Source of the DNA: Devosia equisanguinis | GTDB taxonomy: Bacteria > Pseudomonadota > Alphaproteobacteria > Rhizobiales > Hyphomicrobiaceae | Reading direction: 5' to 3' | NCBI GenBank assembly: GCA_945903565.1 | Contig: CAMDPA010000001.1 | Coordinates: forward strand, 1 to 40,514 | DNA length: 40,514 nt | In this document: piece after piece, positions 1 to 8,508 of the stretch | How positions within the stretch are numbered: the stretch's first letter is position 1 | Layout: the number at the start of each line of letters is the position of its first letter | The notes under the pieces: model-generated | Seen by the model: the letters and a program-made list of their open reading frames with translations, nothing else | What the model was told of the DNA's origin: nothing | Databases searched by the model: none | Program-made: the position numbers and the translations under genes

Positions 1-161
1 ACCCAGATCAGGTGGAAAATGCTCTAGTAAGCAGGAACCGTGGACTTATGGCACCCTGCCTGCGAAATCGCTAATGTTCAAGGAACGGTAATAGTCGACA
101 GGTCACAAGAACCGCAAAACCTCACGGCGTGACGCAGGAGAAAGTTTGCCGCCCCCACCCA

Positions 162-872
162 TCACGCCGTCTCGAGATCGGCATACCAGAGCTTCATTCC
201 CCGATCCCGATACGCGATCAAATTTTTGTGCTGCTCCATCCGCGTGCGCACCGCGCTCTCGAACAGCGGACACAAACAACTCGAGACGAACGCGAACATG
301 GTCGCATCCGCGCCGAACGGCCCATCGCCCATCAGCCACGGCTTGTCACCCAGAAACGCCGCGAGCCCGTCGATAGCGCGCGCCGCCAACTGCGCGCGCT
401 CGTCCGGAGAATGCCGGCCGAGCCCTTGAGCGCGCAGGTTGCCCTTCACCTGCCGCTTGACCATCGCGACGACGATCGGCCGTAGCGGCATGGGCACCTT
501 GTCGAAGAACGTGCGCGGCCCCCGATCAAAGTTCGCCGAGTCGATCCATCGATCATGCACGACGATCCAGTACACATGATCCTCGAGCATCTTCTCGAAC
601 GCCCAGGCCACGCCCTTCTGCTCCGCCGTAAGCCCCTTGTCGAAGTCGATCCCGCGCGTCTTCTCCAGGTGAAACCGGATCAGGGTGCTATCGGCGACGA
701 TCGTCCCGCCGTCGTCGATGAACGGCAGCTTGCCCTTCGGCGCCTTGCCGAGGTTGCCCTCGACGCGGCGGTAGTCGAGCCCCGCGAGCTTCAACAGCAC
801 CTCCGTCTTGACGACGAACGGGCTCGGATCGGGCAACCCGAACGCGCGGCCAAATCCATGCAACGTGATCAC
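162..872 (-). CDS. glutathione S-transferase family protein
   Basis: ORF 162..1064(-). The conserved-looking part begins at ITLHGFGRAFGLPDPSPF...KGKLPFIDDGG (thioredoxin-like GST N-domain) and is followed by a helical C-domain. In-frame GTG at 872 gives 236 aa, a normal GST size. The 64 codons upstream are Cys/Arg-rich and look non-coding. Start uncertain. Confidence 0.7.
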   Translation of the reverse strand: MITLHGFGRAFGLPDPSPFVVKTEVLLKLAGLDYRRVEGNLGKAPKGKLPFIDDGGTIVADSTLIRFHLEKTRGIDFDKGLTAEQKGVAWAFEKMLEDHVYWIVVHDRWIDSANFDRGPRTFFDKVPMPLRPIVVAMVKRQVKGNLRAQGLGRHSPDERAQLAARAIDGLAAFLGDKPWLMGDGPFGADATMFAFVSSCLCPLFESAVRTRMEQHKNLIAYRDRGMKLWYADLETA

Positions 873-1127
873 GTCGGTCTCCTGTGGCAGAGCAGCGGCA
901 TCAAGCGAGTTTATAGGCCAAGACACGCGACGGCACACGCTAGCCAATGATTGCCTGCGATTATGCCTCGCCGGCGGCCACACAGCCATGCCATCCCGGG
1001 GCAAGCGGCATGTCGACGACAGGGTCTTGCCATAGCACCCAATGCACTCAACAATGCTCGCCAATCAGCGGCGAAAGTCTAGGCGTCGCCCGCTGGCACA
1101 AGAACGTTACATCGAGGGAGAGTGCGA

Positions 1128-2171
1128 ATGACGAAGTTCACGGCGCGGGCAGTCCTGCTCGCCAGCGCGATGCTGGCCACCGGCGGTGCCGCGGCAGACC
1201 CCGTCGCGGACTTCTACAAGGGCAAGACCGTCACCATCCTTGTGCCGATCGGCCCCGGCGGCACGTACGATATGTACGGCCGGCTCGGCGCGGCGATCCT
1301 GGAAAAGCATCTCCCGGGCAAGCCGCAGGTCATCACGCAATTGATGACGGGCGCTGGCGGCGCACTCGCCACCAACTACATCGCCGCGCGTTCGGCCCAG
1401 GACGGCACGGCGCTGATCAGCTTGCACGGCAGCGCGCCGCAGAACCAGATGCTCGGCACCGCCGGCAACAACTACGACCTCAACAAGTTCCTGATGGTCG
1501 GTCAGTTCTCCCCGCTCAACTCATCGCTCACGGTGTGGCGCGCGACCACGCCCGGCCTGACGATCGAGGACGCCAAGAAGAAAGAAATCGTGCTCGGCTC
1601 GACGGGTGCGGGTTCCTACCAGTTCCAATTGCCGGTGCTGCTCAACGCGCTGATCGGCACCAAGTTCAAGGTCGTGACCGGCTATCGCGGCATCCCCGAG
1701 CAGAACATCGCCATCGAGCGCGGCGAGATCCATGGCCGCGGCGGCACCCTCGTAAGCTGGGCCGTCACCGAGGAACACTGGGTTCGCGAGAACAAGATCG
1801 CCCACCTCGTCCAGGTCGGCAACAAACGCGCGAAGGGCTTCGACGACGTACCGCTTGCAACCGAACTCGTCACCGATGCCAACCACAAACTGGCGCTGGA
1901 TCTGATCTCGGCGGGTTCGCTGATGGGCCGGTCGCTCGCCGGCTCCCCCGGCATTCCCGCCGATCGCGCCAAGGCGCTGCGCGACGCGTTCGACAAGGGC
2001 ATCAAGGACCCGGAAATCCTCGCCAAGGCGAAGGAGTGGAAGCTCGATCTCGAGCCCGCATCCGGCGCCGAGCTGGAGGCGATCGTGAAGCGCATCCTGG
2101 CGACGCCGAAGCCGGTGATCGATCTCGTCAAGAATGAAATCGAGGCCAAGCCCACGGACAAAAAGGGCTGA
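1128..2171 (+). CDS. Bug/TctC-family tripartite tricarboxylate transporter substrate-binding protein
   Basis: ORF 1122..2171(+). ATG at 1128 lies 7 nt after GAGGGAG (1114-1120). Signal peptide AVLLASAMLATGGAAA, then FYKGKTVTILVPIGPGGTYD and LMTGAGGA segments typical of Bug-family periplasmic receptors. Confidence 0.85.
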   Translation: MTKFTARAVLLASAMLATGGAAADPVADFYKGKTVTILVPIGPGGTYDMYGRLGAAILEKHLPGKPQVITQLMTGAGGALATNYIAARSAQDGTALISLHGSAPQNQMLGTAGNNYDLNKFLMVGQFSPLNSSLTVWRATTPGLTIEDAKKKEIVLGSTGAGSYQFQLPVLLNALIGTKFKVVTGYRGIPEQNIAIERGEIHGRGGTLVSWAVTEEHWVRENKIAHLVQVGNKRAKGFDDVPLATELVTDANHKLALDLISAGSLMGRSLAGSPGIPADRAKALRDAFDKGIKDPEILAKAKEWKLDLEPASGAELEAIVKRILATPKPVIDLVKNEIEAKPTDKKG

Positions 2172-2198
2172 AGGCAACGTCGCGCACAGGAGACCAAC

Positions 2199-3716
2199 GT
2201 GGCTGCGAACAAGATCCTCATCAAGGGCGGCCTCGTCTACGATCACGACGGCGACGTCCACAAACCCGTCGCCGCCGACATCTTGATCGAGGGCGACGCC
2301 ATCGTGTCGGTCGGGCCATCCCTGCCCGCGCAACGCACACAGGGCGCGGAGGTGATCGACGCCCGCGACCACCTCGTCATTCCCGGCCTCATCAACGCGC
2401 ACTACCACTCGCACGACACGCTGTGCCGCGGCATGTTCGAGGAGATGCCGCTCGAGTTCTGGCTGCTCTACACGCTGCCGATGGGCGCGTTCCGCAGCAA
2501 ACAGGAGCTGCGCCTGCGCACCCTTGTCGGCGCGCTGGAGGCGATGCGCTGTGGCATCACCACGCTGCAGGACATGCTCGGCCTGATCCCGCTCACCGAG
2601 GACAACGTCGACATCGTACTCGACGCCTACGCCGAGATCGGCGAACGCGTCGTGTTCTCGCCGATGGTGTTCGACATCCCCGCCATCGCCATGATCCGCC
2701 ACGCCGACGCGCTGCCGCCGGATAGCCAGGAGATGCTCGGCACGAAGGCGCTCGGTGCGCGCGAACAGATCGACTTCCTCGACCGGCAGATCAAGCGGCG
2801 CCCCGCCGCCGGCACCGCGCACTGGGCCTCCGCGCCGTTCGCGCCGCAACGTTGCACGCCGGAACTGCTCGAGATGTGCGCCGATATCGCCGAGCGGCGC
2901 GACCTTCCGGTTTACACCCACGTCTACGAAACGCGCGGGCAGGCGGTGATGGCGCGCGAGCTCTACGCCTCGCACGGCGGCTCGTTCATCAAGTACCTCG
3001 ACCAATGCGGCCTGCTGAACCGCCGCCTCAACATCGCGCACTCCGTGTGGCTATCACGCGAGGAAATGGACCTGATGGCCGCCGCCGATGCCGGCGCGGT
3101 GCTCAACCACAACTCCAACCTCAAGCTGAAAAGCGGTATCGCGCCGATCCTCGACATGCGCGAAGCGGGTATGCGCGTCGGCCTGGGCTGCGACAACTGC
3201 TCGGGCAGCGACGTGCAGAACATGTTCCAGTCGATGAAGGCTTACTGCACGCTCGCCGCCGTCAGCGATCCCATGCCCGGCCCGCCCCTCGCGCACGAGG
3301 CGCTGCGCAACGCCACGCTCGGCAGCGCGCGCTCGGCCCTGCTCGACGACCGGCTCGGCGCAATCAAACCCGGCTACAAGGCCGATCTCGTGCTGCTCGA
3401 TATGAAGGACACCGCCTATCTGCCCTACAACAGCGCCGCGCGCCAACTCGTCTACACCGAGACCGGCCGCGCCATCGACACCGTGATCATCGACGGCCGC
3501 ATCGTCATCAAGGACCGCATCGTCAAGACCATCGACGAGGCAGCGCTGCGGGCGGAGGTCACCGATCTCATGAAGCACTTCGTCCCCGAGTACGAAGCGA
3601 TGGTGAAAGCACGCGCGGTGGCGCTGCCCTACCTGATGGAAGCCCACAAGCGCGTATGGGCGACACCCCTCAAGATGCAGCGGTTTCTGGCCCGCACACG
3701 CTATGGCGATGGATGA
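2199..3716 (+). CDS. amidohydrolase-superfamily protein (deaminase/chlorohydrolase-like)
   Basis: GTG start 6 nt after AGGAG. Metal-binding HxH motif (LINAHYHSHD), later HVYET, IAHSVW and LGCDN segments. 505 aa with high GC3 throughout. Confidence 0.85.
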   Translation: MAANKILIKGGLVYDHDGDVHKPVAADILIEGDAIVSVGPSLPAQRTQGAEVIDARDHLVIPGLINAHYHSHDTLCRGMFEEMPLEFWLLYTLPMGAFRSKQELRLRTLVGALEAMRCGITTLQDMLGLIPLTEDNVDIVLDAYAEIGERVVFSPMVFDIPAIAMIRHADALPPDSQEMLGTKALGAREQIDFLDRQIKRRPAAGTAHWASAPFAPQRCTPELLEMCADIAERRDLPVYTHVYETRGQAVMARELYASHGGSFIKYLDQCGLLNRRLNIAHSVWLSREEMDLMAAADAGAVLNHNSNLKLKSGIAPILDMREAGMRVGLGCDNCSGSDVQNMFQSMKAYCTLAAVSDPMPGPPLAHEALRNATLGSARSALLDDRLGAIKPGYKADLVLLDMKDTAYLPYNSAARQLVYTETGRAIDTVIIDGRIVIKDRIVKTIDEAALRAEVTDLMKHFVPEYEAMVKARAVALPYLMEAHKRVWATPLKMQRFLARTRYGDG

Positions 3717-3773
3717 AGGTTTTCGCGCGGTGCGATAGCCTTTGCGGGAGTCTTGCACCGGCGACGTCGCAAC

Positions 3774-3804
3774 GGTGTAATACGCCCACGTGGGCTATTA
3801 CACC
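3774..3804. repeat. 31-nt near-perfect palindrome (REP-like, possible terminator or operator) after the amidohydrolase gene
   Basis: GGTGTAATA-c-GCCCAC|GTGGGC-TATTACACC, followed by CTACG, the reverse of the CGTAGG head seen on other palindromes in this window. No T-tract. Confidence 0.6.
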
Positions 3805-3877
3805 CTACGAACCAACCTTCGCCTTGTGGTAGTCTCCTTCCCGGACAAAGCCGCCATCGGCAACGAAGGAGCCACGC

Positions 3878-4630
3878 TTGGCATCACCCTTGACACTCCT
3901 GCGCGAGGCGGCCCTGTCGCGGCGCAATCTGATTGCGTTCGCGCTGATCACCGCGGCGATCAACGGCATGGTCATCGCCAGCGTCGGCGCTTGGCTCGCG
4001 CAGACGTATGCCTCCCACCAGGCCCGCCGCACCTCCGTGCAGAACATCGCTGACCTCATCTATGAGCGCCGCGCACGCGGCGGCATGGTGGTATCGTCCC
4101 TGCGGCGCGGGGCGGAGCTGGAGGAGCTGCGCTTTCGCAAACGCGCCTACGACGAGGTGTTCGTCGAGTGGAACAAGCGCATTCAGAACAACGTGCTGCA
4201 GATCCGTGAGGTGATCGGCGTCGCCGAATCGACGATGCTCGAGCGGCAGATGCAGGAGTTGCTGGTTCCCGCCTTGGCGGAGATGGATGGCTGTCTGACG
4301 AGGGGATACGACGTGCGCCTCGCGGGCCAGGATCCTTTGCCGGTGATCGAAGGCTGCCGCTACGCGCTGCTGCATCAGTTCACGCTCGACTGCGCCGCAG
4401 GCTTCACCGACGAGCTCTACCGGCTGACGCGGCTTTCATTCTCGCCCTTCTCCAGCCAGTCGCGGCGTGAAACCGAAGCGTCGAGCCGGATCGTGCGCAA
4501 CGCCTGCACCCGCTCGGCCGAGCTGACGGCGCCGCCCAAACCTGTCGCCCCCTCGCCCCCTCTGGCGCCCCCACCGGCGAGCCCCGCCGGCCAGCCCGCG
4601 AACGCGCCCGCGCCAGCCAAAGGCAACTGA
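3878..4630 (+). CDS. hypothetical membrane-anchored protein with Pro/Ala-rich C-terminal tail
   Basis: TTG start 6 nt after AAGGAG (3866-3871). Strong GC3 bias through the whole ORF. One N-terminal hydrophobic helix (LIAFALITAAINGMVIASVGAWL), four Cys in the body, tail APPKPVAPSPPLAPPPASPAGQPANAPAPA. I recognise no family. Confidence 0.65.
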   Translation: MASPLTLLREAALSRRNLIAFALITAAINGMVIASVGAWLAQTYASHQARRTSVQNIADLIYERRARGGMVVSSLRRGAELEELRFRKRAYDEVFVEWNKRIQNNVLQIREVIGVAESTMLERQMQELLVPALAEMDGCLTRGYDVRLAGQDPLPVIEGCRYALLHQFTLDCAAGFTDELYRLTRLSFSPFSSQSRRETEASSRIVRNACTRSAELTAPPKPVAPSPPLAPPPASPAGQPANAPAPAKGN

Positions 4631-4634
4631 CCCC

Positions 4635-5561
4635 GTGCACCATCCCCGGCTCTCGGCCGCTTTCGGCGCCAACGCCGGTGCGATTGCCGCCATGCTGCTC
4701 GCCTGCGCGATGTTCGTGATCTCGGACAGTTGCGTGAAAATGATCGGCCGCGACCTGCCGCTTGGCGAGATCCTTCTGCTGCGCGGTTTCATCGCCGTGC
4801 CGTTCGTGTTGATCATGGCCCGGCGCGCCGGTGTGCTGGCGCAGTTCCCCCGCGTGGTGACGAACCCGCGCATCCAGCTGCGCACCGCGATGGAGATCGG
4901 CTCGACCATCCTGTTTCTTGCCGGGCTCATCCGCATGAGCTACGCCGATGCGATCACGATCCAGCAGTTCATTCCGCTCGCCGTGATGGCGGGCGCCGCG
5001 CTCTTCCTTGGCGAGCATATCGGCTGGCGGCGCTGGCTGGCAGCCGTCATCGGCCTCGTTGGCGTGCTGATCGTCGTGCAACCAGGCGCCGGCACGCTCA
5101 ACTGGCCCGCGCTGATGATCCTCGGCAACGTCGCGTTCGTCGCCGGCCGCGATCTCGTCACCCGGCGTATCGGCGAGCACGTGCCGTCCGTGCTGCTCGT
5201 ATTGATGTCGGTGACGTGCGTCGGCCTCGCCGGCTTCCTGCTGTTGCCGTTCGAAACGTGGCGCATTCCAACCGCGCGCGAACTGCTGTTTGTCAGTATC
5301 GCCGCGATCACCTCGATCGGTGGCTTCTACTGGGTGACGGAGGCGCTGCGCCGAGGCGAGGTCGGGGTCATCATCCCCTTCCGCTATTCGCTGATCCCCT
5401 ATGGCGTCGTATCGGGCATGGTGCTGTTCGGCGAATGGCCCAAGTTGCATACGCTGATCGGCATCGCGATCGTGATGGGCGCGGGTCTCTACGCCGTGCA
5501 TCGCGAGCGCATCCGGACGCAAGAAGCGAGGGCGGCGGCGTTGGAGCCAGCAGCGCAGTAG
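4635..5561 (+). CDS. DMT-superfamily (EamA-like) transporter
   Basis: 308 aa with about 10 hydrophobic segments in two repeated halves, the typical EamA architecture. GTG start 4 nt after the preceding stop. Start uncertain. Confidence 0.8.
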   Translation: MHHPRLSAAFGANAGAIAAMLLACAMFVISDSCVKMIGRDLPLGEILLLRGFIAVPFVLIMARRAGVLAQFPRVVTNPRIQLRTAMEIGSTILFLAGLIRMSYADAITIQQFIPLAVMAGAALFLGEHIGWRRWLAAVIGLVGVLIVVQPGAGTLNWPALMILGNVAFVAGRDLVTRRIGEHVPSVLLVLMSVTCVGLAGFLLLPFETWRIPTARELLFVSIAAITSIGGFYWVTEALRRGEVGVIIPFRYSLIPYGVVSGMVLFGEWPKLHTLIGIAIVMGAGLYAVHRERIRTQEARAAALEPAAQ

Positions 5562-5572
5562 AGGCACCCTCG

Positions 5573-6664
5573 CTACTTCGCCCAAGGCCCCGCTTCGCTG
5601 AGCGTCTCCAGGAAGCGAACGAGATCGGCGACCTCGTCGCGGGAAAGGGATCGAGCGAGTTTGCTATGCCCGCGAATGGCATCGCGCAACGTCGCCGCCG
5701 ATCCATCGTGCATATAGGGCGCGGTGCGCGCGACATTTCGCAGCGTTGGCACCCGGAAGCCGTGTTCGCCACTCAACGCATCCGCGCGCCAGTGAACCTC
5801 GCGCTTGGGATCGTCGTTGAACGGCCCGGCACGATTGAAGGGGCTCGCGAGAAATCCCGCGATGCTCTGAGCACGCCCCACCTTTGCGGCGGCTCCAACG
5901 GCACGAAACGAGCCGTCCGTGAACGCCGGCCCGGCATGACACGCGTTGCAGCCACCTTTGCCGATGAACAGGGCGAGCCCTCGCCTCGCCGCCGCGGGAT
6001 AGCGCGCTGCCGCTTCATCGCCTGCCGCCAAGGCATCGCGAAACGCATCGAACGGTGTGCGCCCGCTGACGATCGTCTCTTGATAGGCGGCCAGCGCCTT
6101 GGCGGTATCGGCCAGAACGGCGCCGGCATCCGCCGTCGCGGCATCACGCCCGAACACAGCCGCATACCCGCCCGACAGCTCCGCATGCGAACCGATGTAG
6201 CGCTGCACATGCTGCGCGCTGCCCCCCATCTCGCCGGGATCCAGGATGGGCCGGATGCTCTGCATCCACAGACTGTCGCCGCCGCCGCTCCAGCCGAACC
6301 ATCGGTTGAGACGCACATCGTACAGGCTCGGTGTGTTTGTCTTTCCCGGCTTTATGCCGATGCCGCGTGGACGCCCGTCGGCCCACGCCCGCTCAGGCCG
6401 ATGACAACTCGAGCACGACACGTTCCCCGACGGCGACAACCGCGCATCAAAAAACAGCCGCCGCCCCAGTTCGATCGCGGCAGGTTGGCCCGAAACGCGG
6501 TTCGATGGATCAGGCCGCCAGGGCTGCGGCCACGGACCGTGCGTGAGGACCTGACGGACCTGGGCTTCGCCGAATGCAGGAGCTTGTGCAGTCGTATTCT
6601 GAGAATGAGCGCACGCGGCACTCGTCAAAACCATCACAACGAATGCGCGGTGCACGGGCCTCAC
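5573..6664 (-). CDS. di-haem cytochrome c peroxidase family protein (CCP/MauG-like)
   Basis: Two CxxCH haem motifs (CSSCHRPERAW and CNACHAGPAF), a distal PTLRNV...APYMHDGS segment, and an N-terminal signal-like sequence. GTG start at 6664. Confidence 0.85.
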   Translation of the reverse strand: MRPVHRAFVVMVLTSAACAHSQNTTAQAPAFGEAQVRQVLTHGPWPQPWRPDPSNRVSGQPAAIELGRRLFFDARLSPSGNVSCSSCHRPERAWADGRPRGIGIKPGKTNTPSLYDVRLNRWFGWSGGGDSLWMQSIRPILDPGEMGGSAQHVQRYIGSHAELSGGYAAVFGRDAATADAGAVLADTAKALAAYQETIVSGRTPFDAFRDALAAGDEAAARYPAAARRGLALFIGKGGCNACHAGPAFTDGSFRAVGAAAKVGRAQSIAGFLASPFNRAGPFNDDPKREVHWRADALSGEHGFRVPTLRNVARTAPYMHDGSAATLRDAIRGHSKLARSLSRDEVADLVRFLETLSEAGPWAK

Positions 6665-6774
6665 TTGCGCTCGATCCCTGCCTCGTCACAACAAACGTTC
6701 GCTCGCCATTCGCTACGCGAGCGGGCTGCCGCCCACACCCGCCCGGGGAGACCCCGGCCCCCCTTCTTTCTATC

Positions 6775-6811
6775 CATAAAAAGACGGGTAGTCTGGCGGG
6801 TGCCCCGCCAG
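6775..6811 (-). terminator. possible intrinsic terminator after the second Bug gene
   Basis: On the minus strand CTGGCGGG-gca-CCCGCCAG (plus 6793-6811) is followed 8 nt later by TCTTTTTAT. It is preceded by a second hairpin, CTGGGGC-ca-GCCCCAG (6818-6833). Confidence 0.4.
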
Positions 6812-6876
6812 CGGGGTCTGGGGCTGGCCCCAGTCGCGTAGCGAATTGGACCGAAAACCGCCCGCAACCAATCCCC

Positions 6877-7923
6877 CTACTTCTTCATGATCACCTTCAG
6901 CCGTTCGACGATCGGTTCGGGCGTGGCGTACATCCGGTCGATCAGCTTTTGCATATCGGCGCCGTTGGTCGGGCTCGGCTCTTCCTTCATGAGCTTGAGC
7001 GACTCTGCGATCGTCTCCTTGTCGGCCAACGTCGCCGTGAAGGCAGCCCGCAACTCGGCCAACCGCTGCGGCGGCAAACCTGGCGGAGCAAAGAACGAGT
7101 TCGACAACGCCAGCGGCGCGAACATCAGGTCCATCATCTGCCGGTCCTCCGGCGACTTCGCGAGATCGGGCGCAAACGGCACGTCGGGGAATAGCGAGCT
7201 TTTCTCCGCGCCCATCTGCAGTATGACATGGATCTTCTTGTCGCGCAGCCAATCGGACTTCACGCCGTTGAGGCTCGACCAGCTCCAGCCGCAGCGGCCA
7301 TGCGTCTCGCCGCGCTCGATCGCCATCGCGGTTTCCTGCGTGCCGAGATAGCCGGTGATCACCTTGAACTTGGTGCCCAGCGTCGCGTTGAGAACCACCG
7401 GGAAGGTGTCCGGCGTCGCGGCCGCGCCCGTGCCCGCGACGGTCATCTCGCGCGCCTGCACGTCCGCCAGCGTTGCAAAGCCCGAGGCGTGCCAGGAAAC
7501 GCACAGGCTGAAGTCCTTGGCCCACGCGCCCAGCGAATTGATGTCGGTCATCTTGTAGGGGATCTTGCGGCCACCAACGAGCGGTTCGACCAGCGGTCCG
7601 GAGGGAACCACGGCGATGGTCGTGCCGTCCTTGGGCGCGGACGACGCTAAGAAATCGATCACGCGGATGCCGCCGGCGCCGGGCATCAACTGCGGCGTCA
7701 CGGTCGGGTTGCCGGAGATGTGCCGGGTCGCGTTGCGAGCGAAGATGCGCGCGGCCGTGTCGAGCCCACCGCCCGCCGTGCCGCCAATCAGCAGGGTGAT
7801 CGTCTTGCCCTTGAAGAAGCCCTCGCCCGAGCTGCTGGTCCCCTGCGCGGAAACAGCGGTGCCGAACCCGCACGCCAAGATCGCCGCAGCAGCCCCCATC
7901 GCCCGTCCGCTCAACCTCGTCAT
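6877..7923 (-). CDS. Bug/TctC-family tripartite tricarboxylate transporter substrate-binding protein
   Basis: ORF 6877..7980(-). Internal ATG at 7923 is preceded by GGGGAGGA and starts a signal peptide (MTRLSGRAMGAAAAILACGFGTAVSAQG). FFKGKTITLLIGGTAGGGLD and LMPGAGG motifs as in the first Bug gene. Confidence 0.85.
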   Translation of the reverse strand: MTRLSGRAMGAAAAILACGFGTAVSAQGTSSSGEGFFKGKTITLLIGGTAGGGLDTAARIFARNATRHISGNPTVTPQLMPGAGGIRVIDFLASSAPKDGTTIAVVPSGPLVEPLVGGRKIPYKMTDINSLGAWAKDFSLCVSWHASGFATLADVQAREMTVAGTGAAATPDTFPVVLNATLGTKFKVITGYLGTQETAMAIERGETHGRCGWSWSSLNGVKSDWLRDKKIHVILQMGAEKSSLFPDVPFAPDLAKSPEDRQMMDLMFAPLALSNSFFAPPGLPPQRLAELRAAFTATLADKETIAESLKLMKEEPSPTNGADMQKLIDRMYATPEPIVERLKVIMKK

Positions 7924-8235
7924 GCCATCCTCCCCAGAAGCTTTTGGGCCCTTTGGCCCTTTGCCATGCTCGTCTCGCATATCAGCTTGTCGTGCTTTCC
8001 CGCAATGCTCCAGGACCCGGCATCTCGTTCACCAACACCTACGCTGATCGCCAACACATCGCCGCAGCCACAATTCGCCATTGATCTTGTATGAGAACGC
8101 CAGATATATGTCGGCCTCCTTCCTGCAGCCGGTGGTCACGACAGCCCCGACGCGGCTAAAGCTTTCCATGGCGCCAATGGCATCGTGCTGCTGGCGCCGG
8201 CCGGGACAGCCTCTGCGAGAGCGGGCTATCCGATA

Positions 8236-8321
8236 GCGGGCGTGATGAAATTGGTAGACATGCCAGATTTAGGTTCTGGTGGCCAAAAGCCGTGGGGGTT
8301 CAAGTCCCTCCGTCCGCACCA
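8236..8321 (+). tRNA. tRNA-Leu (anticodon UAG)
   Basis: Acceptor stem GCGGGCG/CGTCCGC (one G-T pair), anticodon stem CCAGA/TCTGG with loop TTTAGGT, long variable arm, T-arm GGGGG-TTCAAGT-CCCTC, discriminator A and encoded CCA. Confidence 0.93.
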
Positions 8322-8365
8322 TTTTTACCGCCGCCGCCGGTTTGCCAGTAAGCTGGGTGACCGGA

Positions 8366-8404
8366 GGACTGACGAGACGGACTGACGACACAGACTAACG
8401 GAGT
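8366..8404 (+). repeat. three tandem 13-nt units downstream of tRNA-Leu
   Basis: GGACTGACGAGAC / GGACTGACGACAC / AGACTAACGGAGT. Confidence 0.7.
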
Positions 8405-8441
8405 GGCGCCGCGCGGCTGCCACGAGACGACGGGTTCGCAA

Positions 8442-8470
8442 GCCGATTGGCGGATTGGGCCGATTGGCGG
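8442..8470 (+). promoter_or_regulatory. direct repeat GCCGATTGGCGG x2 (17-nt period) upstream of tig, a candidate protein-binding site
   Basis: Exact 12-mers at 8442-8453 and 8459-8470, ending about 40 nt before the tig ATG. Function not established. Confidence 0.3.
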
Positions 8471-8508
8471 TCAAGTAGGTAGACAAGACTTCAAGGGTTG
8501 ATGGTGCG

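Noticed and set aside
1-110. Lower-GC first ~110 nt of the window, considered as an IS end, tRNA fragment or gene 3' end
   Set aside because: All three plus frames hit stops within 27-92 nt and give unrecognisable peptides. There is no tRNA-like cloverleaf and no repeat shared with the ISAzo13 end at the other edge. The evidence is insufficient to call anything.
4730-6841. 703-aa plus-strand ORF spanning the DMT and peroxidase genes
   Set aside because: It is out of frame with the DMT gene and antisense to the peroxidase gene. Composition is extremely Arg/Pro/Ala-rich with no motifs, so it is a shadow ORF of high-GC DNA.
8366-8404. CRISPR-like array
   Set aside because: Only three 13-nt units directly abut one another with no spacers, and no cas genes are present. 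This is not a CRISPR array.
8236-8508. Genomic island or integrase association at tRNA-Leu and tRNA-Val
   Set aside because: There is no integrase or phage-like gene next to either tRNA. I could not find a direct repeat of either tRNA 3' end elsewhere in the window by eye. Flanking genes are conserved housekeeping genes.
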